Shown piece by piece: positions 1 through 8,955 of a DNA stretch of 33,852 nt (within the stretch, counting starts at the first letter, position 1; the number at the start of each line of letters is the position of its first letter). The position numbers were made by a program, and so were the translations under genes. The stretch comes from a virus (taxonomy: Duplodnaviria; Caudoviricetes): positions 1 to 33,852 of the IMG/VR virus record IMGVR_UViG_3300027865_000025. One strand, given 5' to 3'. The notes beneath the pieces were generated by a model. The model was not told the origin of the DNA and ran no database searches. It saw only the letters and a list, made by a program, of their open reading frames with translations.

Positions 1-151
1 CGTATTGCAATAACTCCATTTTAGCAATGTCTATTAAAGCGATGGACTTTGCCGCGTGCGGGTCGGTTGCCCACACGGCACGCATCCAATGGTATAGGTG
101 CTCATCGTTGCGAAGTGCCACAATGGCCACAACGTACCTACTCGTTATCAT
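1..151 (-). CDS. Hypothetical protein, partial (runs off left edge)
   Basis: ATG at 151 overlaps the primase 3' end; frame is open to position 1 (MITSRYVVAIVALRNDEHLYHW...). Confidence 0.5.
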   Translation of the reverse strand, partial: MITSRYVVAIVALRNDEHLYHWMRAVWATDPHAAKSIALIDIAKMELLQY

Positions 152-2414
152 TTAATATGGCTTTTCGAAGCTCATCCTTACTGCCGATGCTGGCCGCGGC
201 GGAGCCCACCTTCACATAAACACGAATATTCCGGTTGTCTATGAATATTCGGCCGCGGCTTGAAGCTAACAACGGATGCCGAATATAATTAATATTGCCT
301 AGCACACCAACAAGCGCTTGTGGTGAGATGCGTTTATTTGCTACTTGCAACACGGCCGCCGCCGCTTCGCCGCTCACTAGGTCGCCTGTAAATCCCGGTT
401 GCTCTAATTCGATGGCTTCCGTTAATATTTGTTCGGCCACCCCGAGCGAAGTTTCTTGCGCTTCCGCCGTTGAACTCGTGACGGGCGCCCGGCCGAGTAC
501 ATTAACCGTAACTGGTCTTGACGCCAAATAGTGGGCAACATGAGCACGCCCCGCACCTTTGAGCCAAACATAGAAATTGTAGAAATAGGCATCCGTCATG
601 CCGTCACGATACAGGTCATCCAAACTTTGCTGGGCGGTGAAAAGCACGCAGTAGCGCCTATCGTCACGCATTTTAAGCACGGCATCCTTGTGGTTGGAGA
701 ACATTAGAAAATTAGCACAATTGCCCCCTGTGTACTGGTCGACGCCCTTGCGTTGCAGGCTAACCCGCTCGTTAGTGATAAGAGGCTTAAGGGTGTCGGC
801 TAACTCCATTCGCCCAGCAACACGTAGTTCTTCAACGCATATTAGCAGTTTGTTCTCGACCCAACCGTTGAATTTGTTGCTAACGTCGTTCGGGTTAAGT
901 TGAAAGCAATAATTTTCGCCTAACGCGTATTCTAACGCGGTATAGAGCGCGGTTTTACCGTTACCTTGCATGCCTTGCACTAGTGGACCCCATTGGAATT
1001 TGACACCGGGCATTTGGACGCATGCGGCTAAATAGCTAAGCAGTATTTCTCTATCGGCTTCATTAGGTAGCAAGCGGGCCACGTGCTCCAAAAACGGCTT
1101 GACGTCACCGTCCACCCGCTCGCCATAGTGGGGGGTGAACACGTTAACGCGCTTCCCGTTGTGGTCTTCACGGACGTGGCCGGGCGGGTCCATTGGACTG
1201 AAATAGGTATCGTCTGCTTGGGCAGTTTCAAGCGCCCGTGACTCGGTAAAAGCCTCAAACGCGTTGGTCGTTTTAGATGTGCCCGTCGGGTCAAGATAAA
1301 ATTGATAGCCCCCGTACCATACCCTAAATCGAGATCGGTCCATTAATACACCGTGTGGCGTAAGTATTTTATCTTGACTTAGAATATATGTACAACCTGT
1401 AAAATAGTCTATTTGTTGCTCCGGGAATAACCATCGTGGCGCGCCGTCTACCCGTTGCATTTTTGACTTATCGGGACGGGGCACGTCATAAACGGATTGT
1501 TGGGCACCCACGGAGCCCAGTATCGTGCGCTCTAAATATTCAGGGCGGTCGGTCCATTTGCCACGTCGAAGGGCGCTTTGTTGCATCAGGCTACGGATGC
1601 GCTCGCAATTTTTGCCCGTCCAAAAGGCGAGATGAGCCGCAAGGGCGGCATCCGCTTTGGAGCAATCATAGGGCCGTGCGCCGTGGTCGTCGGGATACAC
1701 GGCCCCGAGCGCATCGCCATCGCCATCCCATAACTGGGCAAAACTGGCAGTAGCGCCAAAAGCCGCCCGGGCGCTTACCGTCCCCTTGGCCCGCTCAATA
1801 AGGGCGGTATCATCTTCGGGGCCCGTCCATTCGGGCACGGGCTCGACGGTCCAAGATGCGGGCGCGCCGCCCACGGTATTGGGCGCCAAATACTCATTGA
1901 CAAGGCCACACAGGGCCCCGGTGTGCTCGGTGTTACAATCGCCAACGGTGGCATTGCCCGATAGCGCGGCGAAGCGCCCTTCGGTGTATAGCTCTAACTG
2001 GTCACGATATTTACATTTACGGTCTGCGGGCGCCATCCCGCGCGCTATTATGTGCAACCCACGGCCGCTCGATGACACGTTACAAGATGCGCCCGGGAAG
2101 CGGCCGAGCGTCTCGCGGGCCATTTCTGACCACTCATCGCCGCCACCATAGCAATTATCAATGTCGATGAAAAAGTATGGGTCATCACGGGTAAACACAA
2201 ACCCGACGCCATAGGGCGCGCCAAGTTTTTCTTGTTGAGCATAAGCGGTGTCCGCGTCAACCCATGCTTGCGGACTGTGCGCATCGCACATATCAAGCGT
2301 AAACGGGTCGAGTGGCAATTTATCAAGGCTACCCCGAGCATTGAGCACACCCTTCCATAAGATAAATTGCTTATATTGGCGCAAGCCTTGTAGTCCATTG
2401 GGTAATACTAGCAT
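138..2414 (-). CDS. NrS-1-like primase-polymerase / SF3 helicase
   Basis: AEP prim-pol motifs FIDIDNC and SSSGRGLHII; helical-bundle motif SKADAALAAHLAFWTG; Walker A GMQGNGKT, Walker B LICVEE, motif C FLMFSN. Start placed at ATG 2414. Confidence 0.88.
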   Translation of the reverse strand: MLVLPNGLQGLRQYKQFILWKGVLNARGSLDKLPLDPFTLDMCDAHSPQAWVDADTAYAQQEKLGAPYGVGFVFTRDDPYFFIDIDNCYGGGDEWSEMARETLGRFPGASCNVSSSGRGLHIIARGMAPADRKCKYRDQLELYTEGRFAALSGNATVGDCNTEHTGALCGLVNEYLAPNTVGGAPASWTVEPVPEWTGPEDDTALIERAKGTVSARAAFGATASFAQLWDGDGDALGAVYPDDHGARPYDCSKADAALAAHLAFWTGKNCERIRSLMQQSALRRGKWTDRPEYLERTILGSVGAQQSVYDVPRPDKSKMQRVDGAPRWLFPEQQIDYFTGCTYILSQDKILTPHGVLMDRSRFRVWYGGYQFYLDPTGTSKTTNAFEAFTESRALETAQADDTYFSPMDPPGHVREDHNGKRVNVFTPHYGERVDGDVKPFLEHVARLLPNEADREILLSYLAACVQMPGVKFQWGPLVQGMQGNGKTALYTALEYALGENYCFQLNPNDVSNKFNGWVENKLLICVEELRVAGRMELADTLKPLITNERVSLQRKGVDQYTGGNCANFLMFSNHKDAVLKMRDDRRYCVLFTAQQSLDDLYRDGMTDAYFYNFYVWLKGAGRAHVAHYLASRPVTVNVLGRAPVTSSTAEAQETSLGVAEQILTEAIELEQPGFTGDLVSGEAAAAVLQVANKRISPQALVGVLGNINYIRHPLLASSRGRIFIDNRNIRVYVKVGSAAASIGSKDELRKAILNDNE

Positions 2415-2656
2415 ATTGGCGCCCCCGATCCGTAACACACTAACTCACGTAAAGTCGTGGCCGTTTCAGGCTCATCGCCATTTTTTATCCCGAAGGTTAC
2501 AACCCTATCCACACCCCGCCCGTGACGCCACAAATATCGAAGTACGGCGTCGAAGAGATACTCCATTTTAGAGTAATCCGACGTAATGAAATCCCGGGTA
2601 GCGGTACGCCCAGCATAGTCGTATTCATGTGTTATCTGTATTACCATTTTATCCAT
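2408..2656 (-). CDS. Hypothetical protein
   Basis: ATG 2656 preceded by GAGGTGG SD; tiles the operon. Confidence 0.6.
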   Translation of the reverse strand: MDKMVIQITHEYDYAGRTATRDFITSDYSKMEYLFDAVLRYLWRHGRGVDRVVTFGIKNGDEPETATTLRELVCYGSGAPIC

Positions 2657-2870
2657 TGGCCACCTCAAACAAATCATAAATAGACTGGCCGCCAAGACAT
2701 CTTAGTAGTGTTGAGCGGGTGCCTATAATGGGCAACATGTACTTTCGTGACGTAATGGTCACAAGGGTTAACCGGTCTATCGTCATCGCACCTAATACAA
2801 GTGCTATATCTTGGTGATGCCCCGTTAGAATGACTTGGACGCCATTGGTGTCCCTATATGAAATTTGCAT
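2649..2870 (-). CDS. Hypothetical protein
   Basis: AAGGGGGA SD; abuts the endolysin stop. Confidence 0.55.
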   Translation of the reverse strand: MQISYRDTNGVQVILTGHHQDIALVLGAMTIDRLTLVTITSRKYMLPIIGTRSTLLRCLGGQSIYDLFEVANG

Positions 2871-3701
2871 TTAGTATTCCCCCTTTCCATTGGCATCCCA
2901 TACGCGCGGTACGGGGCGCCCCTTGCCAAAAGCTTGCCGACATTGCCGCGCGTCGCACGCCAAGCGCTTGCGCCACGGCACGCCCACGGCTTGCCATATA
3001 GCGGAGCCCGGGTCACCACGGCGGGTACGGGAGCTTTGCCTGTGACCATATACGGCTAACCACTCTTGACCGGCCGCTTCGAAGCGCTCCGCTATATCCC
3101 TGTAAATCGCATTACAGGCATCAATGGCCCACGGGTGCAACGTGGCCGGGCCACCCCCGGGCGCCCATAAAGTGCTCCGGAGCCCTTCGACGCCTTCATA
3201 GTTACCGTCAATTTCAATACCTATTGTAGTGGGTGACAACCTTTGGGCGTGCCATATCATATCTTCTGGACGGTTAATCAGTATCGGGGTGCCCAAACGG
3301 CTAACACCATAATGGGCGTTGACACGACTCCAACCCAAAGGCTGTAACGGCATTTCACAACCCGTTTGATGTAAAGTTACACCGATTATTGAACTCCAGG
3401 GGCGCAAGTGCGCAAATAACTTAGGTGGTTTGTGCGATTTTGATATATCGTGAATACCTAAATCGTCAACAGACGCATGACCCGGCTCACCGTTGGCCTG
3501 GTTTAAAATCGCTCGCCACGTTATCGGCCCAACAATTCCGTCTTGACAAACACCAAGCGATTGCTGTAAATCATGAACCACGCGGTCAGTTTGTAGCCCA
3601 AACACGCCGTCATTATCGCCGTAGTCGTACCCCAGTAAATCACCGAGTTCTTGAAGCCGCCGCACGGCGGCCCCCCTATCCCCTATTTGTAGGTTTCTCA
3701 T
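2871..3701 (-). CDS. Endolysin: N-terminal peptidoglycan-binding domain plus N-acetylmuramoyl-L-alanine amidase (Amidase_2-like)
   Basis: PG_binding_1 pattern LQIGDRGAAVRRLQ..DGVFG..DGIVGPITW; amidase motifs TLHQT, AHY, WHA, IGIEI, GHR, DPG. Confidence 0.85.
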   Translation of the reverse strand: MRNLQIGDRGAAVRRLQELGDLLGYDYGDNDGVFGLQTDRVVHDLQQSLGVCQDGIVGPITWRAILNQANGEPGHASVDDLGIHDISKSHKPPKLFAHLRPWSSIIGVTLHQTGCEMPLQPLGWSRVNAHYGVSRLGTPILINRPEDMIWHAQRLSPTTIGIEIDGNYEGVEGLRSTLWAPGGGPATLHPWAIDACNAIYRDIAERFEAAGQEWLAVYGHRQSSRTRRGDPGSAIWQAVGVPWRKRLACDARQCRQAFGKGRPVPRVWDANGKGEY

Positions 3702-3897
3702 TACGTTGCATCTCCCTCCCTATGAAAATTACATCAACTACCAATTGGAACACTTGATAGATAACCATTGCCAACAACACCGAATCGGGCTCGTATATGG
3801 TCGGTTCGGTCGTTACGAGCGATATAGCCACACAGGATAAGACCGCCATTGTGCCGAGTAAGTGAAACCATATGCAGGTCATTAGAAATTTTTTCAT
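3676..3897 (-). CDS. Putative holin / 2-TM membrane protein
   Basis: 73 aa with two hydrophobic segments and a charged C-terminus, directly upstream of the endolysin; ATGA overlap with the previous gene. Confidence 0.5.
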   Translation of the reverse strand: MKKFLMTCIWFHLLGTMAVLSCVAISLVTTEPTIYEPDSVLLAMVIYQVFQLVVDVIFIGREMQRNEKPTNRG

Positions 3898-4229
3898 GAC
3901 TTCACCCTTGCCCACTCTTCGCCGATTTCGTATTCATTGGGCATTGCCGCGTCATCGCCGTCTAAATCTACGGTTGGGCGGTCGTCGCCGTTGTACTGTA
4001 ACAAGAGCGCACCGCCATCGTCGCGGTCGGTCATTATGTACCAATGGTCTATTTCTAGATTTGACGGTAGGTGCCCGAAATCTAAAACTTTATAAATGTT
4101 TATGCTTGAATAGATTTCGGTTGGATAGGGTGCTTTTGTTATTACTATCGTCCCGTCACTACGATAATTTATAAACATAGTATCGGCCGGTATCGTTTCA
4201 CCCGCTTTGTATTTCTTACCTTTTCTCAT
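3894..4229 (-). CDS. Hypothetical protein, tandem paralogue A (variable N-domain + conserved C-domain)
   Basis: C-terminal half (WYIMTDR..DDRPTVDLDGDDAAMP..EIGEEW) near-identical to 4226-4558; AAGGTGA SD and ATGA coupling. Confidence 0.75.
   Translation of the reverse strand: MRKGKKYKAGETIPADTMFINYRSDGTIVITKAPYPTEIYSSINIYKVLDFGHLPSNLEIDHWYIMTDRDDGGALLLQYNGDDRPTVDLDGDDAAMPNEYEIGEEWARVKS
3901..4043. repeat. Direct repeat copy 1 (143 bp; copy 2 at 4233-4375)
   Basis: Ungapped alignment at offset 332; identical 48-bp core 3949-3996 = 4281-4328. Confidence 0.95.
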
Positions 4230-4558
4230 AGCTTCACCTTTACCCACTCGTCACCAATTTTATATTCTTCGGGCATTGCTGCGTCATCGCCGTCTAAATC
4301 TACGGTTGGGCGGTCGTCGCCGTTGTACCGTAACAAAAGCGCATTTCCGTCGTAACGGTCCGTCATTATGTACCACTTGCCGACTTCGGGTTGTAGCGGC
4401 ATTTCGGGGCACCCTATGAAATCCAATTCGTAAACAGGATCAGTTATCGACTTGAAAACTGTTTCCGTGTGGTTTTGAGTGAGCACTGTTCGGAATTTAC
4501 CATAACAAATGTACCATTGGTTTGCTTCTAACACGTCACCCACTTTAATTCGTCTCAT
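4226..4558 (-). CDS. Hypothetical protein, tandem paralogue B
   Basis: Same architecture as A; AAGGTGA SD and ATGA coupling. Confidence 0.75.
   Translation of the reverse strand: MRRIKVGDVLEANQWYICYGKFRTVLTQNHTETVFKSITDPVYELDFIGCPEMPLQPEVGKWYIMTDRYDGNALLLRYNGDDRPTVDLDGDDAAMPEEYKIGDEWVKVKL
4233..4375. repeat. Direct repeat copy 2
   Basis: Matches 3901-4043; its first 28 bp (4233-4260) are identical to 4562-4589. Confidence 0.95.
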
Positions 4559-4902
4559 CGTTTCACCTTTACCCACTCGTCACCAATTTCGTATTCTTCA
4601 CAACGGTCCCATTTTTCACCGCCCACGTCTTTGACTTTTTTATTTTTACCGCAGTATTGATAAATCGCATTATCATCCTTTTGTCTCATTACGTACCAAT
4701 GGCCTATTTTTAATTCACGGGATTTTGGCTTGGGGGGCAATTCTGGTAGGTCTATGAGCTCATATCGTGGTGGGAATGGAGCCGCACCGATCTCAAAGTC
4801 TTCATGTTGTATCACTATGCGTGTTTCATGTTCGTCATATACGATAAATGGTTGTTTCGCCGGTATCGTTTCACCTAATTTATAAATTTTACGTGTCATC
4901 AT
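4555..4902 (-). CDS. Hypothetical protein, tandem paralogue C
   Basis: Shares GETIPA with A, and HWYVM / EEYEIGDEWVKVK with A and B. Confidence 0.75.
   Translation of the reverse strand: MMTRKIYKLGETIPAKQPFIVYDEHETRIVIQHEDFEIGAAPFPPRYELIDLPELPPKPKSRELKIGHWYVMRQKDDNAIYQYCGKNKKVKDVGGEKWDRCEEYEIGDEWVKVKR
4562..4598. repeat. Partial repeat copy 3 (gene end / SD junction)
   Basis: ttcacctttacccactcgtcaccaattt identical to 4233-4260. Confidence 0.9.
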
Positions 4903-4906
4903 AACT

Positions 4907-5266
4907 TCACCCCTTCGGTATTTTTGGAAATCGAAAATTTGTCATCTCATATGTCGTCGAGTTATTGCGCACCACAAACGGCCGGTCGACGGAACTCATA
5001 AATATACTCGGCGGCAGCCAACTGTGCGGTACTGTCAAATAGTGGCCGCCTTCGTGTATCCTATTACCTGCGTCCAGTGCTTTAAATTGCGTCTTTGGCG
5101 GAAAGATAAATCCAAACAATTTGTACGTTGTGTAGATAGCTGGATTTTCGACAAAATAATGGTCGTGACCGCCCGTCCCTATTGATACTAACCCCCACGA
5201 ATAGACCGTAACATATAACCCGCTCGCTTTGATTTTATCATCTTGTAGTATTTTTCTAAGTTTCAT
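4907..5266 (-). CDS. Hypothetical protein D with two internal ~58-aa repeats resembling the variable domain of A-C
   Basis: GGAGG SD before ATG 5266; halves LRKILQDDKIKASGLYVTVYSW..TTYKLFGFIFP and FKALDAGNRIHEGGHYLTVPHSW..TTYEMTNFRFP. Confidence 0.65.
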   Translation of the reverse strand: MKLRKILQDDKIKASGLYVTVYSWGLVSIGTGGHDHYFVENPAIYTTYKLFGFIFPPKTQFKALDAGNRIHEGGHYLTVPHSWLPPSIFMSSVDRPFVVRNNSTTYEMTNFRFPKIPKG

Positions 5267-5300
5267 CTTCGTCAAACCTCCCAACGCGTTCTACGATGTT

Positions 5301-5894
5301 TCATTTGCTCCCCTTATATGTGTGGCCATCGATGAGCACGGGTCGGGGCATAACCATCGACGCGTATTCGTCGGACCATTTATCCCGAGCACAACTAAAC
5401 GCCCGCCATCGCCGACGCCCAACAAACGAGCTCACCGCCCAATATGCCAAGCGCGCCCGCCAACGTGGGTAACCGCAATCCAGCAATATCTTGTGAAATA
5501 GGTCGTTCGTTTGCTTGAAGGGTAGCCGATGGGTTGCAAACAAATAGTCATGGATCAACGCGGCGGGCGCTACCCTGTGATCATCGTTGTCGACTATGTT
5601 GCGGAAGTACCAGGGCACCGACGCAAAATCGGTAATAAACCCCGGCTCGAATATAAATTCTAGCCAACTACTATCTTTAAGCTTAATGAATACGCTTAAA
5701 GTCACACATAAGATGCGTAGATCGTTAAGGTTGCCGTGCTCTGATATGCGCTCCCAAGGCGGTAATTCTATCTCCCGTTGAACCCGCCACGCGTTCCTTT
5801 GGACATAATAGCCCGCTCTTGACCGCTCGATGTATTCGAAGCGCTTTGGCCCCGCTATCTCGATGCGCTTGATTTCTGTGATTTCGTAGCCCAC
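5301..5894 (-). CDS. DUF1353 family protein
   Basis: PGFITDFASVPW, AALIHDYL and AYWAV motifs. Confidence 0.8.
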   Translation of the reverse strand: MGYEITEIKRIEIAGPKRFEYIERSRAGYYVQRNAWRVQREIELPPWERISEHGNLNDLRILCVTLSVFIKLKDSSWLEFIFEPGFITDFASVPWYFRNIVDNDDHRVAPAALIHDYLFATHRLPFKQTNDLFHKILLDCGYPRWRARLAYWAVSSFVGRRRWRAFSCARDKWSDEYASMVMPRPVLIDGHTYKGSK

Positions 5895-6199
5895 TTTAAA
5901 GCCTCATTTAGTGCCGCGGTTTTGAGTTCCACGGACGCTTTTTTGACAAGCACATCCCTTGCAATGATGGCTTGCGCAATGATGTTTAGGTTTTCACGTT
6001 TTATTGCTTGCCGCACAATGTATCGGCGGACTTCCGCCATATCTCTAAAATATCGGTATATAGTAGAATGATACAAGCCCGCTTCCCGCGCAATTTCAAC
6101 GCCCGTTACGTGTTTGTAGTGTGTTTTTTCAGCCAATTTAAAGGCTATTTCTAACAATTCTGCTTTTCTAACTTCCGGATCTAATCTGATACGTCCCAT
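5855..6199 (-). CDS. TetR-like helix-turn-helix regulator
   Basis: RKAELLEIAFKLA..VTGVEIAREAGLYHSTIYRYF. Confidence 0.8.
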   Translation of the reverse strand: MGRIRLDPEVRKAELLEIAFKLAEKTHYKHVTGVEIAREAGLYHSTIYRYFRDMAEVRRYIVRQAIKRENLNIIAQAIIARDVLVKKASVELKTAALNEALKWATKSQKSSASR

Positions 6200-6202
6200 A
6201 AG

Positions 6203-6475
6203 TCACTTTTCCTTTTTTGCGTGATACCATAAAATGCAAGCGTTACACGCCACGGCAGCCAAATGCTTACACTTATCAGCCGCCGAGTCACTCCGCATAG
6301 CTTGCGCAAAGTGCCCAATTAACTTCGCTTCGTACAATTGTTCATATGTTTTATCCCAATTAAGCCGTTGCCAATCACCAAATTCACGCCCGTTTTTTAC
6401 GCCACGATCAAACACGTCAAGCATATCATCGTAAAAATACCAAATACCTGCCAGTCCACGCGTGAAATCATTCAT
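6203..6475 (-). CDS. dATP/dGTP diphosphohydrolase-like (DUF5664-like) protein
   Basis: V-F-x-x-G..DW..LIGH..HLAAVACNACIL resembles the family pattern VLxxGxxKY..NW..ALRH..HLAHAACNLLFL; divergent. Confidence 0.55.
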   Translation of the reverse strand: MNDFTRGLAGIWYFYDDMLDVFDRGVKNGREFGDWQRLNWDKTYEQLYEAKLIGHFAQAMRSDSAADKCKHLAAVACNACILWYHAKKEK

Positions 6476-6945
6476 AGCGTTCCCCGTCTATTAGCAAAAG
6501 CCGCATCGCCGCCCATTGACAACACAAGCTCAATAAATTTAAGTTGCGCCTGCTCCCTGGCCGTGCCTGTGTATACCCACGCGGAGCGCTTTACTTCCCT
6601 GCATACGAATTGACCGATCACACAGCCAACGTCATTGGGAGTCACTAACACGGGGCGCAAGCCCACTAGGTCACTCGACTTGACACGGGCATTGAGCGCT
6701 TTGGAGTCATTACAAAGCCCATACCTTACAAAATTACCCTTGGCGTCTTGGGCGGCGCCCACATTATTACGCCAAAGCACCCCGCCTTTTTCGGCCGCTT
6801 CAAGCCGCACTTCGGCGGATACGGCCGCTTCACTAAGCACCGGAATAGGGCGCCCCGCTTGCGTATATCGTCCCATCAACCTCTCAAGGTCGTACAACGC
6901 CCCCATCGACACCCCCCACTTTTGGGCCCACTTATAGAGATTCAT
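6472..6945 (-). CDS. VRR-NUC (PD-(D/E)xK) nuclease
   Basis: SEAAV..LWRNNVG..SSDLVG..FVCREVK..QLKFIELV..GGDA. Confidence 0.82.
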   Translation of the reverse strand: MNLYKWAQKWGVSMGALYDLERLMGRYTQAGRPIPVLSEAAVSAEVRLEAAEKGGVLWRNNVGAAQDAKGNFVRYGLCNDSKALNARVKSSDLVGLRPVLVTPNDVGCVIGQFVCREVKRSAWVYTGTAREQAQLKFIELVLSMGGDAAFANRRGTL

Positions 6946-7265
6946 TAAGCCACCTTAAATCTATGGGTTATAAACCGTTGGTTGTTAAACCGTGGGCCGC
7001 TTTTTGTAATACGCCACTCTGACCCGTCGAAGTATATTACCCGGTGCACACTATCATCCATTTCACACTCCCAATATTCGCCCTTTTTTGGCGCGGGTAG
7101 AATTAATATGGCCGCGTCGAGTTCCTCTTCGGTAACCCAAACGGTTTGCAACGGTTTAGCTGTTAATGCCAATTTGTAACACCGATCTAAACCGATACTG
7201 GTATCTATTAGCATCAATTTACCGCTAAAATCGATTTCGAATTCGTCGCCTACTTGGTATGTCAT
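6945..7265 (-). CDS. Hypothetical protein
   Basis: ATGA/TAATG-coupled to both neighbours; weak resemblance to the array paralogues. Confidence 0.65.
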   Translation of the reverse strand: MTYQVGDEFEIDFSGKLMLIDTSIGLDRCYKLALTAKPLQTVWVTEEELDAAILILPAPKKGEYWECEMDDSVHRVIYFDGSEWRITKSGPRFNNQRFITHRFKVA

Positions 7266-8947
7266 TTAATCAACTCCATTGTGATTTTCTCACTCAACTC
7301 AACCGCTTCCTTCGATCCAAGCGTTTGGGCGGTGAGCACGTCTATTCCGAAGCGGTGAAAAAACCGCCGTTGCGCTTCGTTTGTTTGACGCCCCTCGGCG
7401 CGTTGTATACCGCCATACCATTGCATCACGGCTCGAAGTCCCTGTTGACACTCTTGACGCTTCACGTGGCGCTTCACGTGGCCTAACTGGCCTATGATTG
7501 GCACGTACTTGGCGGCCAGTTCACTTCGGTACACTTCGGGGTCTTTATCTACGGCGGCCACTTCACCCCGTAGCTTGGCGAGCACGTCGGGCGCCAAGAG
7601 CTCCAAATCACCGTCGACAAATTCCGGGGCGCTCCGTTGCGTTGGCACAAATATATAGCCACAATAGGGACACGATGGCTTGACGGCTTCATATGGCCGG
7701 GTACAATCGGGACACACCCTAAGTGGTATGGCGTCATCGGGTAGCAAGCGGCCGCGCTTCTCACGCCTATCAAGCGATCGGGGGCGCGGGGTGTCGGGTA
7801 TTAGATGACGCTCGACGTTGCCCACATGGTCAATAACGAGCGCATGCGGCTTTGCACTTGTGGCAATGCTCTGCATGCGCTCCGCTCGGGTGCCCGTTGG
7901 GCCGTCATGCCAAAGCCGCATAGACCGACCGAATTGCTGTAAATACAGCCCAAACGACTCAGTTGGGCGTGCCATTGACACTACTTGGCAAGCGGGCAAG
8001 TCGAAGCCTTCGCCGAATAGGTCTACGTTTACAAGTTGCAATATTTCACGCGCCTTAAAGCGTCTCAATATCTCGGCGCGCTCGGCGTCGGGCGTCTTGT
8101 GTGATATTACCGCGGCCGGTACGCCCGCTTCGTTATACTTGTTGGCAATATCGATCGCATTTTCCACGTCGACGGCAAATGTGATGCCTAGTCGGCCGGG
8201 CGCAAGACGTAGGTAATTTTTGACTACATCACCCACTATTTGTGAACGTTGTACCGCGGCTTTTAATTGGGGCTTTTTAAAGTCTCCCGTTGCGGTAGAC
8301 AATTCAACTTTAGATAGGTCAAGATCACCTTGTGGGCATGCGACTTGATAATCTGTTAGCCACCCGTCGTTTATGAGCTCCCGGGCCCCGGGTCCTTCAA
8401 CGATGACATCAAAGACCCCGTCCGCGTGGCGCCCAAGCCCGCCACCGTCCGCACGTGATGGTTCGGCCGTGACGCCAAGCCCACGGGCATTGGGCATAAG
8501 CGCGGCGGCTTTACCCCATTTATTATTTGTTTGGACGTGATGCGCTTCATCTTGTATCCAAAGCGTCACGGTGTCAAGCCATCGTATAAAAGCGGCGCCT
8601 CTACGTATAATTGTGTCAACACCGGCAACACCACAAGGGGCCATGGGATCATAAAAAGCTTTACCAAATTCGTCCATTTGTAGACGTACTATGTATTTGA
8701 TTACATTAGTGGGCCCAATCACACGATGGCGGACCCCCCGCCTTGCAAGCGCGAGACTCATTTGCCCGATGAGCTCCTGACGGTGAGCAATTAGACACGT
8801 GCCACCCACATTTTCGGCGGCAATGTCGGAAAATAGAACGGTTTTACCGCCGCCCGTGGCCATGACATATAAGACGTTTTTATGTCCATTATGCCAAGCG
8901 GAAGCGATGCGATCTTTACCGTCTTTCTGGTAGTTGCGTAAAATCAT
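7262..8947 (-). CDS. Superfamily 2 (DEAH-type) DNA helicase with C-terminal zinc ribbon
   Basis: LRNYQ, ATGGGKT, DEAHH, TAEP, EGFDLP, QQFGRSMR, CPDC..CPYC. Confidence 0.92.
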   Translation of the reverse strand: MILRNYQKDGKDRIASAWHNGHKNVLYVMATGGGKTVLFSDIAAENVGGTCLIAHRQELIGQMSLALARRGVRHRVIGPTNVIKYIVRLQMDEFGKAFYDPMAPCGVAGVDTIIRRGAAFIRWLDTVTLWIQDEAHHVQTNNKWGKAAALMPNARGLGVTAEPSRADGGGLGRHADGVFDVIVEGPGARELINDGWLTDYQVACPQGDLDLSKVELSTATGDFKKPQLKAAVQRSQIVGDVVKNYLRLAPGRLGITFAVDVENAIDIANKYNEAGVPAAVISHKTPDAERAEILRRFKAREILQLVNVDLFGEGFDLPACQVVSMARPTESFGLYLQQFGRSMRLWHDGPTGTRAERMQSIATSAKPHALVIDHVGNVERHLIPDTPRPRSLDRREKRGRLLPDDAIPLRVCPDCTRPYEAVKPSCPYCGYIFVPTQRSAPEFVDGDLELLAPDVLAKLRGEVAAVDKDPEVYRSELAAKYVPIIGQLGHVKRHVKRQECQQGLRAVMQWYGGIQRAEGRQTNEAQRRFFHRFGIDVLTAQTLGSKEAVELSEKITMELIK

Positions 8948-8955
8948 AATTTATG

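Noticed and set aside
3901-4375. Repeat pair as a diversity-generating retroelement TR/VR
   Set aside because: Mismatches are not adenine-specific, both copies are coding, and there is no reverse transcriptase in the window.
3901-4598. Regularly spaced repeats as a CRISPR array (with the Cas4-like gene)
   Set aside because: Spacing is ~330 bp and the repeats are coding gene ends; the DUF2800 nuclease is a normal phage replication-module gene.
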